A DNA stretch of 64,000 bases from Allosphingosinicella sp. (GTDB lineage: Bacteria; Pseudomonadota; Alphaproteobacteria; Sphingomonadales; Sphingomonadaceae), in contig DATFHP010000029.1 in NCBI GenBank assembly GCA_035248285.1, positions 505-64,504 of the forward strand. The letters are read 5' to 3'. Positions within the stretch are counted from its first letter, which is position 1, and every line of letters begins with the position of its first letter. The notes under the pieces were generated by a model. That model did no database searches, was not told where the DNA came from, and worked only from the letters and a program-made list of their open reading frames with translations. Shown here in pieces: positions 47,191 to 57,492 of the stretch. The position numbers were made by a program, and so were the translations under genes.

Positions 47191-49467
47191 CTAGAATTCG
47201 AATCCAGCGCTGACGCCATAAGTGCGTGGCGGCGCCGTATTGCCGACCAGACCGGCGGGGGTCAGGATGTTCACGGCAAAATCATAGCGCTTGTTCAGCA
47301 GGTTCTTGACCCAGAGCGATGCAAAGAGGTGGCGGTCGGACGACGTCCATCGTTCCGTCGCGTTCAACAAATACCGTGTCGGCAGCCGGAACCGGTTCAT
47401 CGGATCGATGAACGTCTTGCCGCGATAGTTGAGATTGGCGGAGGTCGTGAACTCGCCGATCGATGTCGACAGGACATGCGAGACCGAGGCCGTCCAGCTC
47501 AATCTGGGGGCCTGGGTGACGTCCTTTCCTTTCGCTCCCACCGAACCCGGCAGCGGCGGTTCGACCGTGACGCTTCCGTCAGGGCGAAGCCGATAGTCGG
47601 GGGCAAAGGGGTACTTCTTATATTTCGAATCGAGATAGGTGCCCGACAGCGAAAGCGTCAGCGACGGCACGGGCCGGGCGACGACTTCGAGATCGATGCC
47701 CTTCATCCGTGCACTGCCGGCGTTGATCGTCACCACCGCGCCCTGATCGTAGATCTGCTGCTGCAGGCCCTTATAGTCGTACAAAAAGGCGGAGATGTTG
47801 AAGCGAAGATGCCGGTCGAGCAGGTCCGTCTTCGCACCGATCTCATAGGCCGTCAGGAATTCGGGCGCGACGGCCGGATTTTGGGCTCGGGTGGCGAATC
47901 CGGCCGTGCTCGATTGGTTGAAGAAGCCGGCGTTGAAACCCTTTGATACCGATGCGTACACCATCGCGTCCGGGGTGAAGCTGTGATCGATCGCCGCGCG
48001 CCAGGTCAGCTCGTTGAACTTCTGCGAATCCTCTCCGGCCCGGTTGGGATCGTTGACGCCATTCACCAAAACCCCGCCGTCGATCTTCCTCTTCTCGATC
48101 GTGTAGCGGGCGCCAAGCGTGAGCTTCGTACCGGTCAGGATCTCATAGGTGGCTTGGCCATAGGCTGCGACCGATTCGTCGGTGTCTTTCGAAAAGGCCT
48201 GCCGCCTGCAAGGGGCGGTACCGGGTGGGGGCAAGTTGCAGATCGCACGGGGAACGACCGGGGCCAGTATGTTGAGGTCGAAAAAGCCCATTTCCGCCTT
48301 GGAGCGATAATAAAAGAGACCCGCCACCCATTGGAGCGGCCCGCCGCTGCCGGATAGCACCTGCAATTCCTCCGTAAATGCGGTCCGGGGCTCACGGTTG
48401 ATCCTTAGATCGATCGCGTTGGCCGGGGTGCCGTCGAAGTCGATATGGATATGCTCCTCGCTTCGCCGATAGGATGCGATGTTGCGCAGCGTCAGTCCGG
48501 AAAACTCGGTCTCGAAGGTGAGACTGGTTCCCCATTCCTTTGCCTTGTAGGACGGATCGAACGTAGCGTTGACATCGGAAGCGCCCGGATAGAATTGGCC
48601 CGGGCCGCGGCGGCGGATCGCACCGCCAACGAACAGGAAATCATAGCCTACCGCGGGGGAAACGTTGGTTCCCACGGTTCCTTCGACCTGGCTATAGTCG
48701 CCGGACAGGGTCAAGTTCGTCGCGTCCGATAGTTCGACGCGAAGACGCGAGCGCGCCGAGAACTTGTTCGTGAAGAAGACATCGCCGCCAGTGGCGACGT
48801 TTTGGCCGTATCCCTTGTCCTGATGGACATAGTGCAGCGCGGCATCCATCGCGACGCCTTTGCCGAGCCCGCCCGTCAGATAAGCCGACGTATCGACCGT
48901 TTGATAATTGCCGTAGCCCACCTCCACGCGCGCCGCGAGATCCTCGCTCGGCGGGCGCGTCGTGATCTGGATCACACCGCCGGTCGCGTTGCGGCCGAAC
49001 AGGGTTCCCTGCGGTCCTTTGAGGACTTCGACACTGCTTATGTTGACGAGATCGGACGATTGACCGAACGGCATGTAGACGCCGTCGAGGAACGTCAGCA
49101 CCGCGGGCGTGGTATTGGAGCTGTTGGTGCCGACGCCGCGAATGAAAACCGCCGGCCGGGCCGCGGTCGGCTGGATGATCAAGCCGCCAACGACCGAGGT
49201 CAGATCTTCGGAAGACCGCACCGCCGACTTTCTCAGCGTGTCTGACGAAAAGCTTTGCAACGAGATCGGCACGTCCTGCGCCGATTCGGAGCGTCGCTGC
49301 GCCGTGACGACAATGTCCTCGATCTGGTCTGATGGAGCGCCTGCGGCGGCAGCGGCCTTGGCATCTTCGGGAACCGGCTGCGCCCAGGCGGCATTCCATG
49401 CGATCGGCGAGATGGTTGTCACCAAGGCAATCATCGCATGCGAAGCACGGATCTTTGATTTCGCCAT
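47191..49467 (-). CDS. TonB-dependent receptor
   Basis: Signal peptide, plug EDIVVTAQRRSESAQDVPISLQSF, terminal ...AGFEF. GGAGGA upstream. Confidence 0.95.
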   Translation of the reverse strand: MAKSKIRASHAMIALVTTISPIAWNAAWAQPVPEDAKAAAAAGAPSDQIEDIVVTAQRRSESAQDVPISLQSFSSDTLRKSAVRSSEDLTSVVGGLIIQPTAARPAVFIRGVGTNSSNTTPAVLTFLDGVYMPFGQSSDLVNISSVEVLKGPQGTLFGRNATGGVIQITTRPPSEDLAARVEVGYGNYQTVDTSAYLTGGLGKGVAMDAALHYVHQDKGYGQNVATGGDVFFTNKFSARSRLRVELSDATNLTLSGDYSQVEGTVGTNVSPAVGYDFLFVGGAIRRRGPGQFYPGASDVNATFDPSYKAKEWGTSLTFETEFSGLTLRNIASYRRSEEHIHIDFDGTPANAIDLRINREPRTAFTEELQVLSGSGGPLQWVAGLFYYRSKAEMGFFDLNILAPVVPRAICNLPPPGTAPCRRQAFSKDTDESVAAYGQATYEILTGTKLTLGARYTIEKRKIDGGVLVNGVNDPNRAGEDSQKFNELTWRAAIDHSFTPDAMVYASVSKGFNAGFFNQSSTAGFATRAQNPAVAPEFLTAYEIGAKTDLLDRHLRFNISAFLYDYKGLQQQIYDQGAVVTINAGSARMKGIDLEVVARPVPSLTLSLSGTYLDSKYKKYPFAPDYRLRPDGSVTVEPPLPGSVGAKGKDVTQAPRLSWTASVSHVLSTSIGEFTTSANLNYRGKTFIDPMNRFRLPTRYLLNATERWTSSDRHLFASLWVKNLLNKRYDFAVNILTPAGLVGNTAPPRTYGVSAGFEF

Positions 49468-49657
49468 TTCAATCCTCCCTCATATTTCTTCCGCGAAAGA
49501 CTATCCCTGTTTGCGCGGGCATTCAAGGATTGTGTGGTCGGATCGGACTTCGAGCCGGCGGCGGACAGGCGAGCCGAGGGATCGTCGAATGTCGGAACGG
49601 CTTCGTTTCGATGAAGCGAAGCAAGGGTTGGCGCCGCCTCGATCGGCAAGCCGCCTG

Positions 49658-50470
49658 TCAACCTCGCGAGGCGGGACCGAACTCGAGGGTGGGCAGAGCC
49701 GTCGTCAGGCTCACGCCGCCATCGACAGGCATCACCACGCCATTGACGTGCGTTGCCATGTCGCTGGACAAAAACAGCAACGTTGCCGCGATTTCCTGAG
49801 GCGTCGCCGCGCGGCCAGAGGGAACGGATCGATCGATCTCATCCCACTGCGTCTTGCTGAGAAGCTCCAGCAGGCGCGGAGTCCTGATGAATCCCGGCGC
49901 GATCGCGTTGACGCGTATGCCCTTCGCGCCCAATTCCGCGGCCGCCCCTCGCACGAGATGATGCAAAGCGGCTTTCGACGCTCCATACACGATCTGGTTG
50001 GCCACCGCTCGGTTTCCGGACATCGAGCCCACGAAGGTGACCGGCCCGCCCTCGGGCATCGCCCGGGATACGCTGCGCAGCGTGTAAAGCGCGTGCCGCA
50101 AGACCATGCTCAATTGCCATTCGAGCTCGTCGTCGCCGAAATCGGCAAGCAGCTTGATGCGGGCAACGCCTATCACATCGACGACACCGCGAACGACGCC
50201 CAGCTTGGCTTGCGCTTCCCGGAACACCGTCGCCACGCCTTCGGCGGTCGTCGCGTCGGCGACGCAATAAGAGCCGCCAACCGCTTCGGCGATCGATCGT
50301 CCGCGATCCTCCGCGATATCGACGCAGAACAGCCGGGCTCCGCATTGCGCCAGCGCGTGCGAAATCTGCGCGCCGATGCCCTCCCCCGCGCCCAGCACCA
50401 CGAAGCCGCGGTCCTTCAAATCCAGCAGCCCGCGATAATCGGGCGCGGCGGCAACATCTCCCACTCTCAT
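49658..50470 (-). CDS. SDR family oxidoreductase
   Basis: VVLGAGEGIGAQI and YGASKAAL motifs. Lies 16 nt downstream of the Rieske gene. Confidence 0.9.
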   Translation of the reverse strand: MRVGDVAAAPDYRGLLDLKDRGFVVLGAGEGIGAQISHALAQCGARLFCVDIAEDRGRSIAEAVGGSYCVADATTAEGVATVFREAQAKLGVVRGVVDVIGVARIKLLADFGDDELEWQLSMVLRHALYTLRSVSRAMPEGGPVTFVGSMSGNRAVANQIVYGASKAALHHLVRGAAAELGAKGIRVNAIAPGFIRTPRLLELLSKTQWDEIDRSVPSGRAATPQEIAATLLFLSSDMATHVNGVVMPVDGGVSLTTALPTLEFGPASRG

Positions 50471-50486
50471 TCTCCCCGAAATCAGG

Positions 50487-51797
50487 TCAGGCGTGCACGT
50501 CGACCGGCGGCCTCGCCGGGTCTTCGTTATGCTGCGGAACCAGACCTTTCCAGTCCGTCCCGGGTGCGATTATCTCGTCGAACGCCGAAAGGCGGGTGCA
50601 ATCGGCGTAATCGGCGCCGCGCGCAGCGCCGCCCTTCGCCACCGCATCCGCCGCTTCCAGCAACAGCCGGCGAACCCGCGCGACCGCCGCGTCGGCCGTG
50701 ACCAGATGCTCCCTGGTGCGATCACAAATCGGTCCGGCAGCCACCGCCATCACGGCATCTTCATAAGCGACGCCCGGAAAGCCCGTCCAGTTTACCGACA
50801 TCCGGCTCCGATCCTGGCCCATCCTATTGGTCCAGTCGGCACGGAAATGATTGTCCTCCTCGGACCAGTAGCGGTCATCGTCGAGGCCGAGTATCTTGCG
50901 CAAATGCGTTCGATCGGCCGGCGCATCGCCATGAATGACGATGAATGTGACCGTGTTGGTATCGTCGATCGCGACTTCGAACACGGTGAACAGCACCTTG
51001 GCGGCCGGGATGAACCGGATTGTCGGCATCAGAAAGGGATAGATGCGGACATGTCTCTCGCGTGATTCGTCGATGGTCCCGTCGTTCCTGCCCTGCTGGC
51101 GGAAGGCGGCATAATGGAAGCCAAATCGCGTATCTTCGATATCCAGCGCCGGCGCGTTGTCTTCGACGGCGAATGCGGCCGGGTTCAAGGTGTCGGGGTT
51201 GGGCGTGAACGTGTTCGTCAGCCAACCCGGACGCGCATCGTTGCTATGCAGAACGCCGACATGGGAACTGTCCGCACCCTGCTCGACCAGCTGCAGATAA
51301 TTGGCCGGCTGGTAGATGCGAAAAATGGTTCGGTGCGTCTCGGGCGCGTCCATGAACGCAAAGCGGCGGAACGGCGGTTCCGCTTCCGCCGGACCCATAT
51401 AGGCCCAAAGCAGACCCGCTTCCTCACGAACCTTGAAGGCGGGCGCCTTCAGCCGTGCGCGCAGCCGCGGGTCGCAATGGTTGGGGGTTTCCTGGATCGT
51501 GCCGTCCGCGCCGAACTTCCAGCCGTGATAGAGGCAGCGTATGCCGCCATTCTCGACCCTCCCGACCGCGAGCGATACGCCGCGGTGCATGCAATATTCC
51601 TCGATCAGGCCGACCTGCCCGCTCGTGTCGCGAAACGCGACCAAATCCTCACCGAACAGCCGGACTCTGACCGGGTCGCAGTCCGGTCGGGGCAGGTCGG
51701 TCGAAAGGGCGAACGGCATCCAATAGCGCCGCATCACTTCGCCCATCGGCGTTCCCCGGCCTATTTGGCATAAATGCAAATTGTCTTCGTTGGTCAT
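50487..51797 (-). CDS. Rieske oxygenase, alpha-subunit-only type (KshA-like architecture)
   Basis: GTPMGEVMRRYWMP, Rieske CMHRGVSL...CLYHGWKF, iron motif EQGADSSHVGVLH. Start is 51797 or 51812. Confidence 0.9.
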   Translation of the reverse strand: MTNEDNLHLCQIGRGTPMGEVMRRYWMPFALSTDLPRPDCDPVRVRLFGEDLVAFRDTSGQVGLIEEYCMHRGVSLAVGRVENGGIRCLYHGWKFGADGTIQETPNHCDPRLRARLKAPAFKVREEAGLLWAYMGPAEAEPPFRRFAFMDAPETHRTIFRIYQPANYLQLVEQGADSSHVGVLHSNDARPGWLTNTFTPNPDTLNPAAFAVEDNAPALDIEDTRFGFHYAAFRQQGRNDGTIDESRERHVRIYPFLMPTIRFIPAAKVLFTVFEVAIDDTNTVTFIVIHGDAPADRTHLRKILGLDDDRYWSEEDNHFRADWTNRMGQDRSRMSVNWTGFPGVAYEDAVMAVAAGPICDRTREHLVTADAAVARVRRLLLEAADAVAKGGAARGADYADCTRLSAFDEIIAPGTDWKGLVPQHNEDPARPPVDVHA

Positions 51798-52109
51798 CGG
51801 AAGGGCCCTCATCTTCCACGGAAGATACGCGATGGGGTCGCGCCGTCAAGCTCCAACTCCGTTCGAGATGCATGGTTTGGAAGGCCTCTCAGACAAAAAA
51901 TATATATTGACAGGCCATCCACCCGCCTTCCATCGAAGCGGCCGGCTGCTCATCGTCAGCAATAAAAATGGGAGTGGATGGCTGTGCCGATAAATCCTTG
52001 GCGGCCGTCCAGGCCGTCGGAAATGACGTCATGATCCACGTCGGAGCGCAACGGCATTTCTGACGCGTTGGTGAACTATTTATCCAGTTTGAATTCGTAA
52101 GAGGTTGGA

Positions 52110-53333
52110 ATGACCGCAAATAAAGCTGAAATATCCAGCGAAAGCCCTTTGAAAGGCCTTCGTGTTCTCGAAGTCGCGCAATATATTGCGGGCCCGCTCG
52201 CGGGACAGCAGCTGGCCGATTTCGGCGCGGATGTCATCAAGATTGAACGGCCTGGCGCGGGCGATCCATTCCGTGGCTATGCCGGCGGCCGGAACTTCCC
52301 AAATTATGGCTATAACTTCAGAGCGTTCAACCGGAACAAGAAAAGCGTCGCGCTCGATCTGGCCGCGCCTGAAGCCAAGGAGGTCATTCAACGTATCGCT
52401 GCCAATTGCGATATCGTTCTGGAGAACTTCAGGCCTGGCGTGATGGATCGGTTGGGAATTGGCTATGAGGCGCTTCGGAAGGTCAACCCGAGCGTCATTT
52501 ACTGCGCCATTGCCGGATTCTCGGCCGATGGTCCTTATAGGAACAGGCCGGCGTTCGATACGGTCGGTCAAGCGCTCAGCGGGATGCTTTATCTCTTTTC
52601 GGATCTTGAAAACCCGAAAATGCGCGGTCCCACCGTTGCCGACCAGGTGACCGCATTACAGGCCGCTACGGCGATTATGGCGTTGCTCCGGGCAAAGGAG
52701 AGAACCGGCGAAGGCGGCCGCATAGATATCAGCATGGTGGATGCGGCCGCGTCGTTCATTCCGGATGTCTACGCTGCCTACACCGACTCGGGGATCGAGA
52801 CGTTGCCCGAGTCTCGGGCGGCGACCTCCCAGGCATTCCTGATGCCGTGCGCCGACGGAAAGTTGATCGCCGTCCAGATCGGCGGTCTCGAAAAGGCTTT
52901 CGTCGCGATGCTGGACGCACTGGGATGTCCCGAGCTTATCAAGGATCCTCGGTTCGCCACGCGCGAAGACCGGATTCCCCATTGGTTCGCGATGCTGGAT
53001 ATCATTCGACCCTATTTCAAGAAGCAGCCGCGTGAGCATTGGGTGCAAATATTCTTGGAGAGAGGCGTTCCCTGTTCCGAGGTGCTGACCATATCGGAGG
53101 TGCTGGAATGCCCCGAGATCGTTCATAGCCAATTGTTCGAAAATGTGGAGCATCCCGCCGCCGGGCCGATGACGATGATCAAGCGGCCCGCCCGGATCAA
53201 TCAATCGCGCGGTCCGAAGCAGAGCTTTCCTCCGCTTCTTGGCGAACATTCGGAACTGGTTCTGCGTGACGTGGGATATGGTGAGGAGGAGATCGCGGTG
53301 ATGCGGTCCGCAGGCACATTCAGCCAAATATGA
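52110..53333 (+). CDS. Family III CoA-transferase (CaiB/BaiF type)
   Basis: LKGLRVLEVAQYIAGPLAGQQLADFGADVIKIERPGAGDPFR. Confidence 0.9.
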   Translation: MTANKAEISSESPLKGLRVLEVAQYIAGPLAGQQLADFGADVIKIERPGAGDPFRGYAGGRNFPNYGYNFRAFNRNKKSVALDLAAPEAKEVIQRIAANCDIVLENFRPGVMDRLGIGYEALRKVNPSVIYCAIAGFSADGPYRNRPAFDTVGQALSGMLYLFSDLENPKMRGPTVADQVTALQAATAIMALLRAKERTGEGGRIDISMVDAAASFIPDVYAAYTDSGIETLPESRAATSQAFLMPCADGKLIAVQIGGLEKAFVAMLDALGCPELIKDPRFATREDRIPHWFAMLDIIRPYFKKQPREHWVQIFLERGVPCSEVLTISEVLECPEIVHSQLFENVEHPAAGPMTMIKRPARINQSRGPKQSFPPLLGEHSELVLRDVGYGEEEIAVMRSAGTFSQI

Positions 53334-53444
53334 TGGCCGCGGCGCAACCCGTTATAATCCCCGTCGGTGGAAACGTTGGCAGCGGACTTGGGTCTCCCGG
53401 TCCGGGCCGGTCTCGTTTCTTCTGAGATACGGACGGAGCGTGGA

Positions 53445-54551
53445 ATGAGTGACGAACAATCTGGCTTTTCTGAGGAAGATCGGGAGCTGTTCAGGCAGTC
53501 GGTCAGGCGCCTGCTTTCCGAGCAATGGCCTGCCCTCACCGCGTTGGAACTCGGTGCCGATCCAGCCGCGATACGGGCGATTTGGCGGGAACTCGGCACC
53601 TTGTCCGTGCCCGAATTGGGACGTGACGCCGAGGCCGGCGGGCTGCGGGAAATCCTGCTGGTTTTCGAGGAGCTCGGCCGGGCGGCTTGCCCCGCACCCC
53701 TGCTGGGCGCGGTGATGCTGAACAGGATTGTCGCGCGTCGCCAGGGTGCGTCCGAGAGCGATCGCGCCGCGATCGCCGGGGACGCCGCGGCGCTGACGGC
53801 CGTTGGCTTCGGCGCTTTCGACGGCGATCTGGCCGCGGGCGGCGTCTCGAGATCCGGCGACCGCATCACAGGCTCGGTCGGCTTCGTGGAGGGAGCGGCG
53901 TTCGCAGACAGATTCGTGCTGTTCATCGATCAGCCGGGCGCGGTGGCGATTGTCGAGCGGGGCGCGGAGGGGCTCGCCGTTGAGGAGACTCCGGCGCTGT
54001 CGATCCCTTCGCTCTCGACCGTTTCGTTTTCGGGAACGCCCGCGAACTTCCTTCAGGTCGAGCCGGCCGAGCTGGCCGATCTGGTGGAGGTCGCCCGGCT
54101 TTGCTGCGCGGCGCGCGCGCAGGGGTCGGCGCAACGAGGCTTTGATCTCGTCGTGGAGCATGTGTCGACGCGCAAGCAATTCGGGCAATTCCTGGGGCAA
54201 TTCCAGGCCGTTCAACATCGGCTGGCCGATAATCTGGCGCGATTGGACGGATCGCGGCTGACGCTCGAGGCTGCTGCGGTCGCATTCGACGGCAAGCTCG
54301 ACGATTGGCGGGTCTTTGCCGATTGCGCGCTTGCGCATTCCAGTTCGGGCCTGCGCCAGCTCGCCCTTGACATGCATCAGCTCATGGGTGCGATCGGCTA
54401 TTCGGAAGAGCATGAGCTGCCGCGGCATTTCCGGCAGATCCACGGTAATGTGACGAGGTTCGGAGGGGTGTTGCGGGCGCGGGCGCAAATTGGCGCCTAT
54501 CTGGTCGGCGGCGGCACAACCGACGGCATGGCGAGGCATGGTGCGCAATGA
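53445..54551 (+). CDS. Acyl-CoA dehydrogenase-fold protein, probably the non-catalytic subunit of a heteromeric ACAD
   Basis: ACAD C-terminal helices are present, but neither catalytic-Glu position is conserved by my by-eye alignment (FGGVLRAR instead of YEGT; VEVARL instead of LxxER). ATGA overlap with the next ACAD gene. Confidence 0.8.
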   Translation: MSDEQSGFSEEDRELFRQSVRRLLSEQWPALTALELGADPAAIRAIWRELGTLSVPELGRDAEAGGLREILLVFEELGRAACPAPLLGAVMLNRIVARRQGASESDRAAIAGDAAALTAVGFGAFDGDLAAGGVSRSGDRITGSVGFVEGAAFADRFVLFIDQPGAVAIVERGAEGLAVEETPALSIPSLSTVSFSGTPANFLQVEPAELADLVEVARLCCAARAQGSAQRGFDLVVEHVSTRKQFGQFLGQFQAVQHRLADNLARLDGSRLTLEAAAVAFDGKLDDWRVFADCALAHSSSGLRQLALDMHQLMGAIGYSEEHELPRHFRQIHGNVTRFGGVLRARAQIGAYLVGGGTTDGMARHGAQ

Positions 54552-55732
54552 CGAAGCTTCCCGAATTTGATCTTGATCCTTCCGTGCGCGCCTTCCGCAA
54601 GGAGGTCCGCGCTTGGGTGAAGCAGAATTGGACCGACGCGCGACAGGCGGTGGACGAAAAGCTCCCGTTCAAGGATCGCGGATTCGATCGCGAATTCGCA
54701 AAGGCGCTCGGCGCCAAGGGCTGGATCGGCGCCGGCTGGCCAAAAGAAGAAGGCGGCTCGGGGCTCACTGCCGCCGAACAACTGGTCCTCAGCGAGGAGA
54801 TGGAGTTTGCCAAAGCGGCCCAGGGACATATCGTCGGCGACTTGATGATCGCATCGAGCCTGATCAAATATGGAAGCCCGGAACTGAAGGCCAAATATTT
54901 GCCGGGCATCCGGAGTGGAGAGCTAAGCTTCGCGCTCGGCTATAGCGAGCCCGAGGCCGGATCGGATCTGGCGTCGTTGAGGACGCGGGCGGTCCGCGAA
55001 GGGGACGGCTGGCGGATCAACGGACAAAAGATGTGGTCGACGGGCGCCGACAAGGCCGATTATTTGTGGCTTGCGGCCAGGACCGATCCGGACGCCAAGC
55101 CGAAGCATGCCGGGATCAGCGTCTTCGTGGTTCCGATGTCGAGTCCCGGCATAAGCGTCCGTCCCAGCCTGGCCATGTATGGCAAGACGTTCTGCGAGAT
55201 TCATATCGAGGACCTGCAGCTGCCTTCGGATGCGCTCGTCGGGGAGGTGAATCAGGGTTGGGCGATCATCACGGGCGCCCTGGCTGCAGAGCGCGTTACG
55301 ATCGGCGCGACCGTGGCTCTGGTGCAGCGCGCGCTCGATCACCTGACCGACTATATCGCCACTGCGGAAGTGGGCGGTCGCAGGCTTCGCGACGACCCGG
55401 TGATCCTGGACAGGATCGGCGGGATAGCGGCCGACATCGAGGCCGCAAGGCAATTGGCGCTGCGAAACATCCGCATGGTATCGGAAGGCCGGACGCCGAT
55501 CCACGAAGCCTCGATGGCCAAGGTCTTCGTCGCCGAACTGCAGGGACGATTGGGCGAGGCTTCGCTCGAGATTTTGGGGTCGGGCGGATTGCTGTCGGAA
55601 GATTCGCCTGCGGCACCTGTGGGCGAATTGGAGCAGGTGCTTCGTCACACCATCATGCAGATCATTGGCGGCGGCACCAGCGAGATCCAGCGCAACATCA
55701 TTGCCGTCCGAGGCATCGGATTACCCAGATAG
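54548..55732 (+). CDS. Acyl-CoA dehydrogenase (catalytic subunit, IVD/LCAD-type Glu position)
   Basis: WRINGQKMWSTGA, GALAAERV (helix-G Glu), IIGGGTSEIQRNIIA. Confidence 0.9.
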   Translation: MTKLPEFDLDPSVRAFRKEVRAWVKQNWTDARQAVDEKLPFKDRGFDREFAKALGAKGWIGAGWPKEEGGSGLTAAEQLVLSEEMEFAKAAQGHIVGDLMIASSLIKYGSPELKAKYLPGIRSGELSFALGYSEPEAGSDLASLRTRAVREGDGWRINGQKMWSTGADKADYLWLAARTDPDAKPKHAGISVFVVPMSSPGISVRPSLAMYGKTFCEIHIEDLQLPSDALVGEVNQGWAIITGALAAERVTIGATVALVQRALDHLTDYIATAEVGGRRLRDDPVILDRIGGIAADIEAARQLALRNIRMVSEGRTPIHEASMAKVFVAELQGRLGEASLEILGSGGLLSEDSPAAPVGELEQVLRHTIMQIIGGGTSEIQRNIIAVRGIGLPR

Positions 55733-55837
55733 GATGCCGAATCGGCGCGATCATCGATAGATGCGGCGATCGCGGGCATCACGGCATGCAGCCTATTTTG
55801 AACTCCGGCCTAGCGTGGCCGGAAGGAGAGGCGGAAA

Positions 55838-57283
55838 ATGAAGAGCCAATATCAATGCGATAAATTGTTCATAGGCGGCAAATGGGTCGAGCCCTGCGGC
55901 TCGGGCAGGATCGAGGTATTCTCGCCCTCCACCGAGGAGCTGATCGGCTATGTGCCCGACAGCACCGAAGAGGATGTCGATCGCGCCGTTAGGGCTGCGC
56001 GGCGATGCTTCGACGAGACCGACTGGCCGCATCTGAGCTTCGCCGAGCGGGCTGCACATCTCAACCGCGCTGCAGATGTGTTCGAAAGGAATGCCGATCG
56101 GGTCGCCGAGGTAACCGCGGACGAAACCGGGCTCCCCTTTCATACGGATGCCAAGATGCATGCCGGTCTGATTGTATATCTGCTGCGCTATGCGGCGGGG
56201 CTGGCCGGGCACGTCGAGCAGGAGGAGGACCGGGCCGGCGACTTCACAAGAATGACGATTCGCCGCGAGCCGGTGGGCGTCGTCGGAGCGATCACGCCGT
56301 GGAACGGACCGGCGGTGATGGCGCATTTCACGATTCCTTTTGCGCTGCTGGCGGGATGCACCCTCATCCTGAAGACAGCGCCTGAAGCGCCGCTGCATGG
56401 GCAGATCTTGGGTTCGATCTACGAAGAGATCGGTCTTCCCCCCGGCACGATCAATATCATTCCGGCGGGCAGGGAGGTCAGCGAGGCGCTGGTCCGGCAT
56501 TCCGGCGTTGACAAGATCGCCTTCACCGGCAGCACCGCCACGGGGCGGAAGGTCGGGGCGATCTGCGCCGACCAGCTCAAGCGGCGGACGCTGGAGTTGG
56601 GGGGCAAGTCGGCGGCCATCATTCTCGATGACGCGAATCTGGAGGAAATCATGCCCAGCCTGGTCGCGTCGTCGGTGATGAACAATTGCCAGGCCTGCCT
56701 CGGACAAACCCGCATTCTGGCGCCCGAGAGTCGCTACGACGAAATTGTCGAGGCTTATGCGGCCGAAATGCGCAAGGTAAAATTCGGCGATCCCTTTGAT
56801 CCGGACACCAAGGTAGGGCCTCTCATTTCCAGCCAGGCGCGCGACAAGGCGGAGCGCTATATCGAGCTGGGCAAGTCCGAAGGAGCGACGCTGGTGATGG
56901 GCGGGCAGCGCCCCGCCGATCTTGAACGGGGTTGGTATGTCGAGCCGACGGTGTTCAAGGACGTAAACAACGACATGCGCATCGCCCGCGAGGAGATTTT
57001 CGGGCCGGTTTTCGTGATCATTCCCTACAAGGATGACGAAGATGCGATCAGGATCGCCAACGACAGCGACTATGGATTGTCCGGATCCGTGTGGACCTCG
57101 GATGTCGAGCGCGGCCGGCGAGTCGCTCGAAGATTGCAGACTGGTCATTGCGGCATCAACGTTCATATGTTCGAATTCAAAGGTCCCTTCGGGGGATACA
57201 AGAAGTCCGGATTGGGACGGCAGTTCGGCGCCGAGGGACTGAACGAATTCTTCGAGTTCAAGCAGATCAACGAGAAGGTGTAG
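55838..57283 (+). CDS. Aldehyde dehydrogenase family protein
   Basis: FTGSTATGRKV, ELGGKSAAII, catalytic Cys in NNCQACLGQTR, EEIFGPV. Confidence 0.95.
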   Translation: MKSQYQCDKLFIGGKWVEPCGSGRIEVFSPSTEELIGYVPDSTEEDVDRAVRAARRCFDETDWPHLSFAERAAHLNRAADVFERNADRVAEVTADETGLPFHTDAKMHAGLIVYLLRYAAGLAGHVEQEEDRAGDFTRMTIRREPVGVVGAITPWNGPAVMAHFTIPFALLAGCTLILKTAPEAPLHGQILGSIYEEIGLPPGTINIIPAGREVSEALVRHSGVDKIAFTGSTATGRKVGAICADQLKRRTLELGGKSAAIILDDANLEEIMPSLVASSVMNNCQACLGQTRILAPESRYDEIVEAYAAEMRKVKFGDPFDPDTKVGPLISSQARDKAERYIELGKSEGATLVMGGQRPADLERGWYVEPTVFKDVNNDMRIAREEIFGPVFVIIPYKDDEDAIRIANDSDYGLSGSVWTSDVERGRRVARRLQTGHCGINVHMFEFKGPFGGYKKSGLGRQFGAEGLNEFFEFKQINEKV

Positions 57284-57492
57284 AGGGTGTAGGGAAAGCC
57301 CCTGCATCGGAATCGGCGGCCGCTTCCGATCGAAATCCGGGGCACGTGGATGCAGGTGGACGAAATCATTTGAAAATTGCGATGGGGCGTCGGGCGGACG
57401 ATTTCGCGCGCCCGGACGAAGAGCAAGTTGAGAAAATCAAGCGCTGTCCCGGTTCGATCGAACGGGGATAGGATAGGTCTAGGAGAGCGTTG

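Noticed and set aside
54444-54455. 12-mer ggtaatgtgacg shared between operator site 2 (27464-27475) and the ACAD gene
   Set aside because: The copy inside the ACAD coding region has no matching CATTAC half-site, so it is not the palindrome. I treat it as a chance match.
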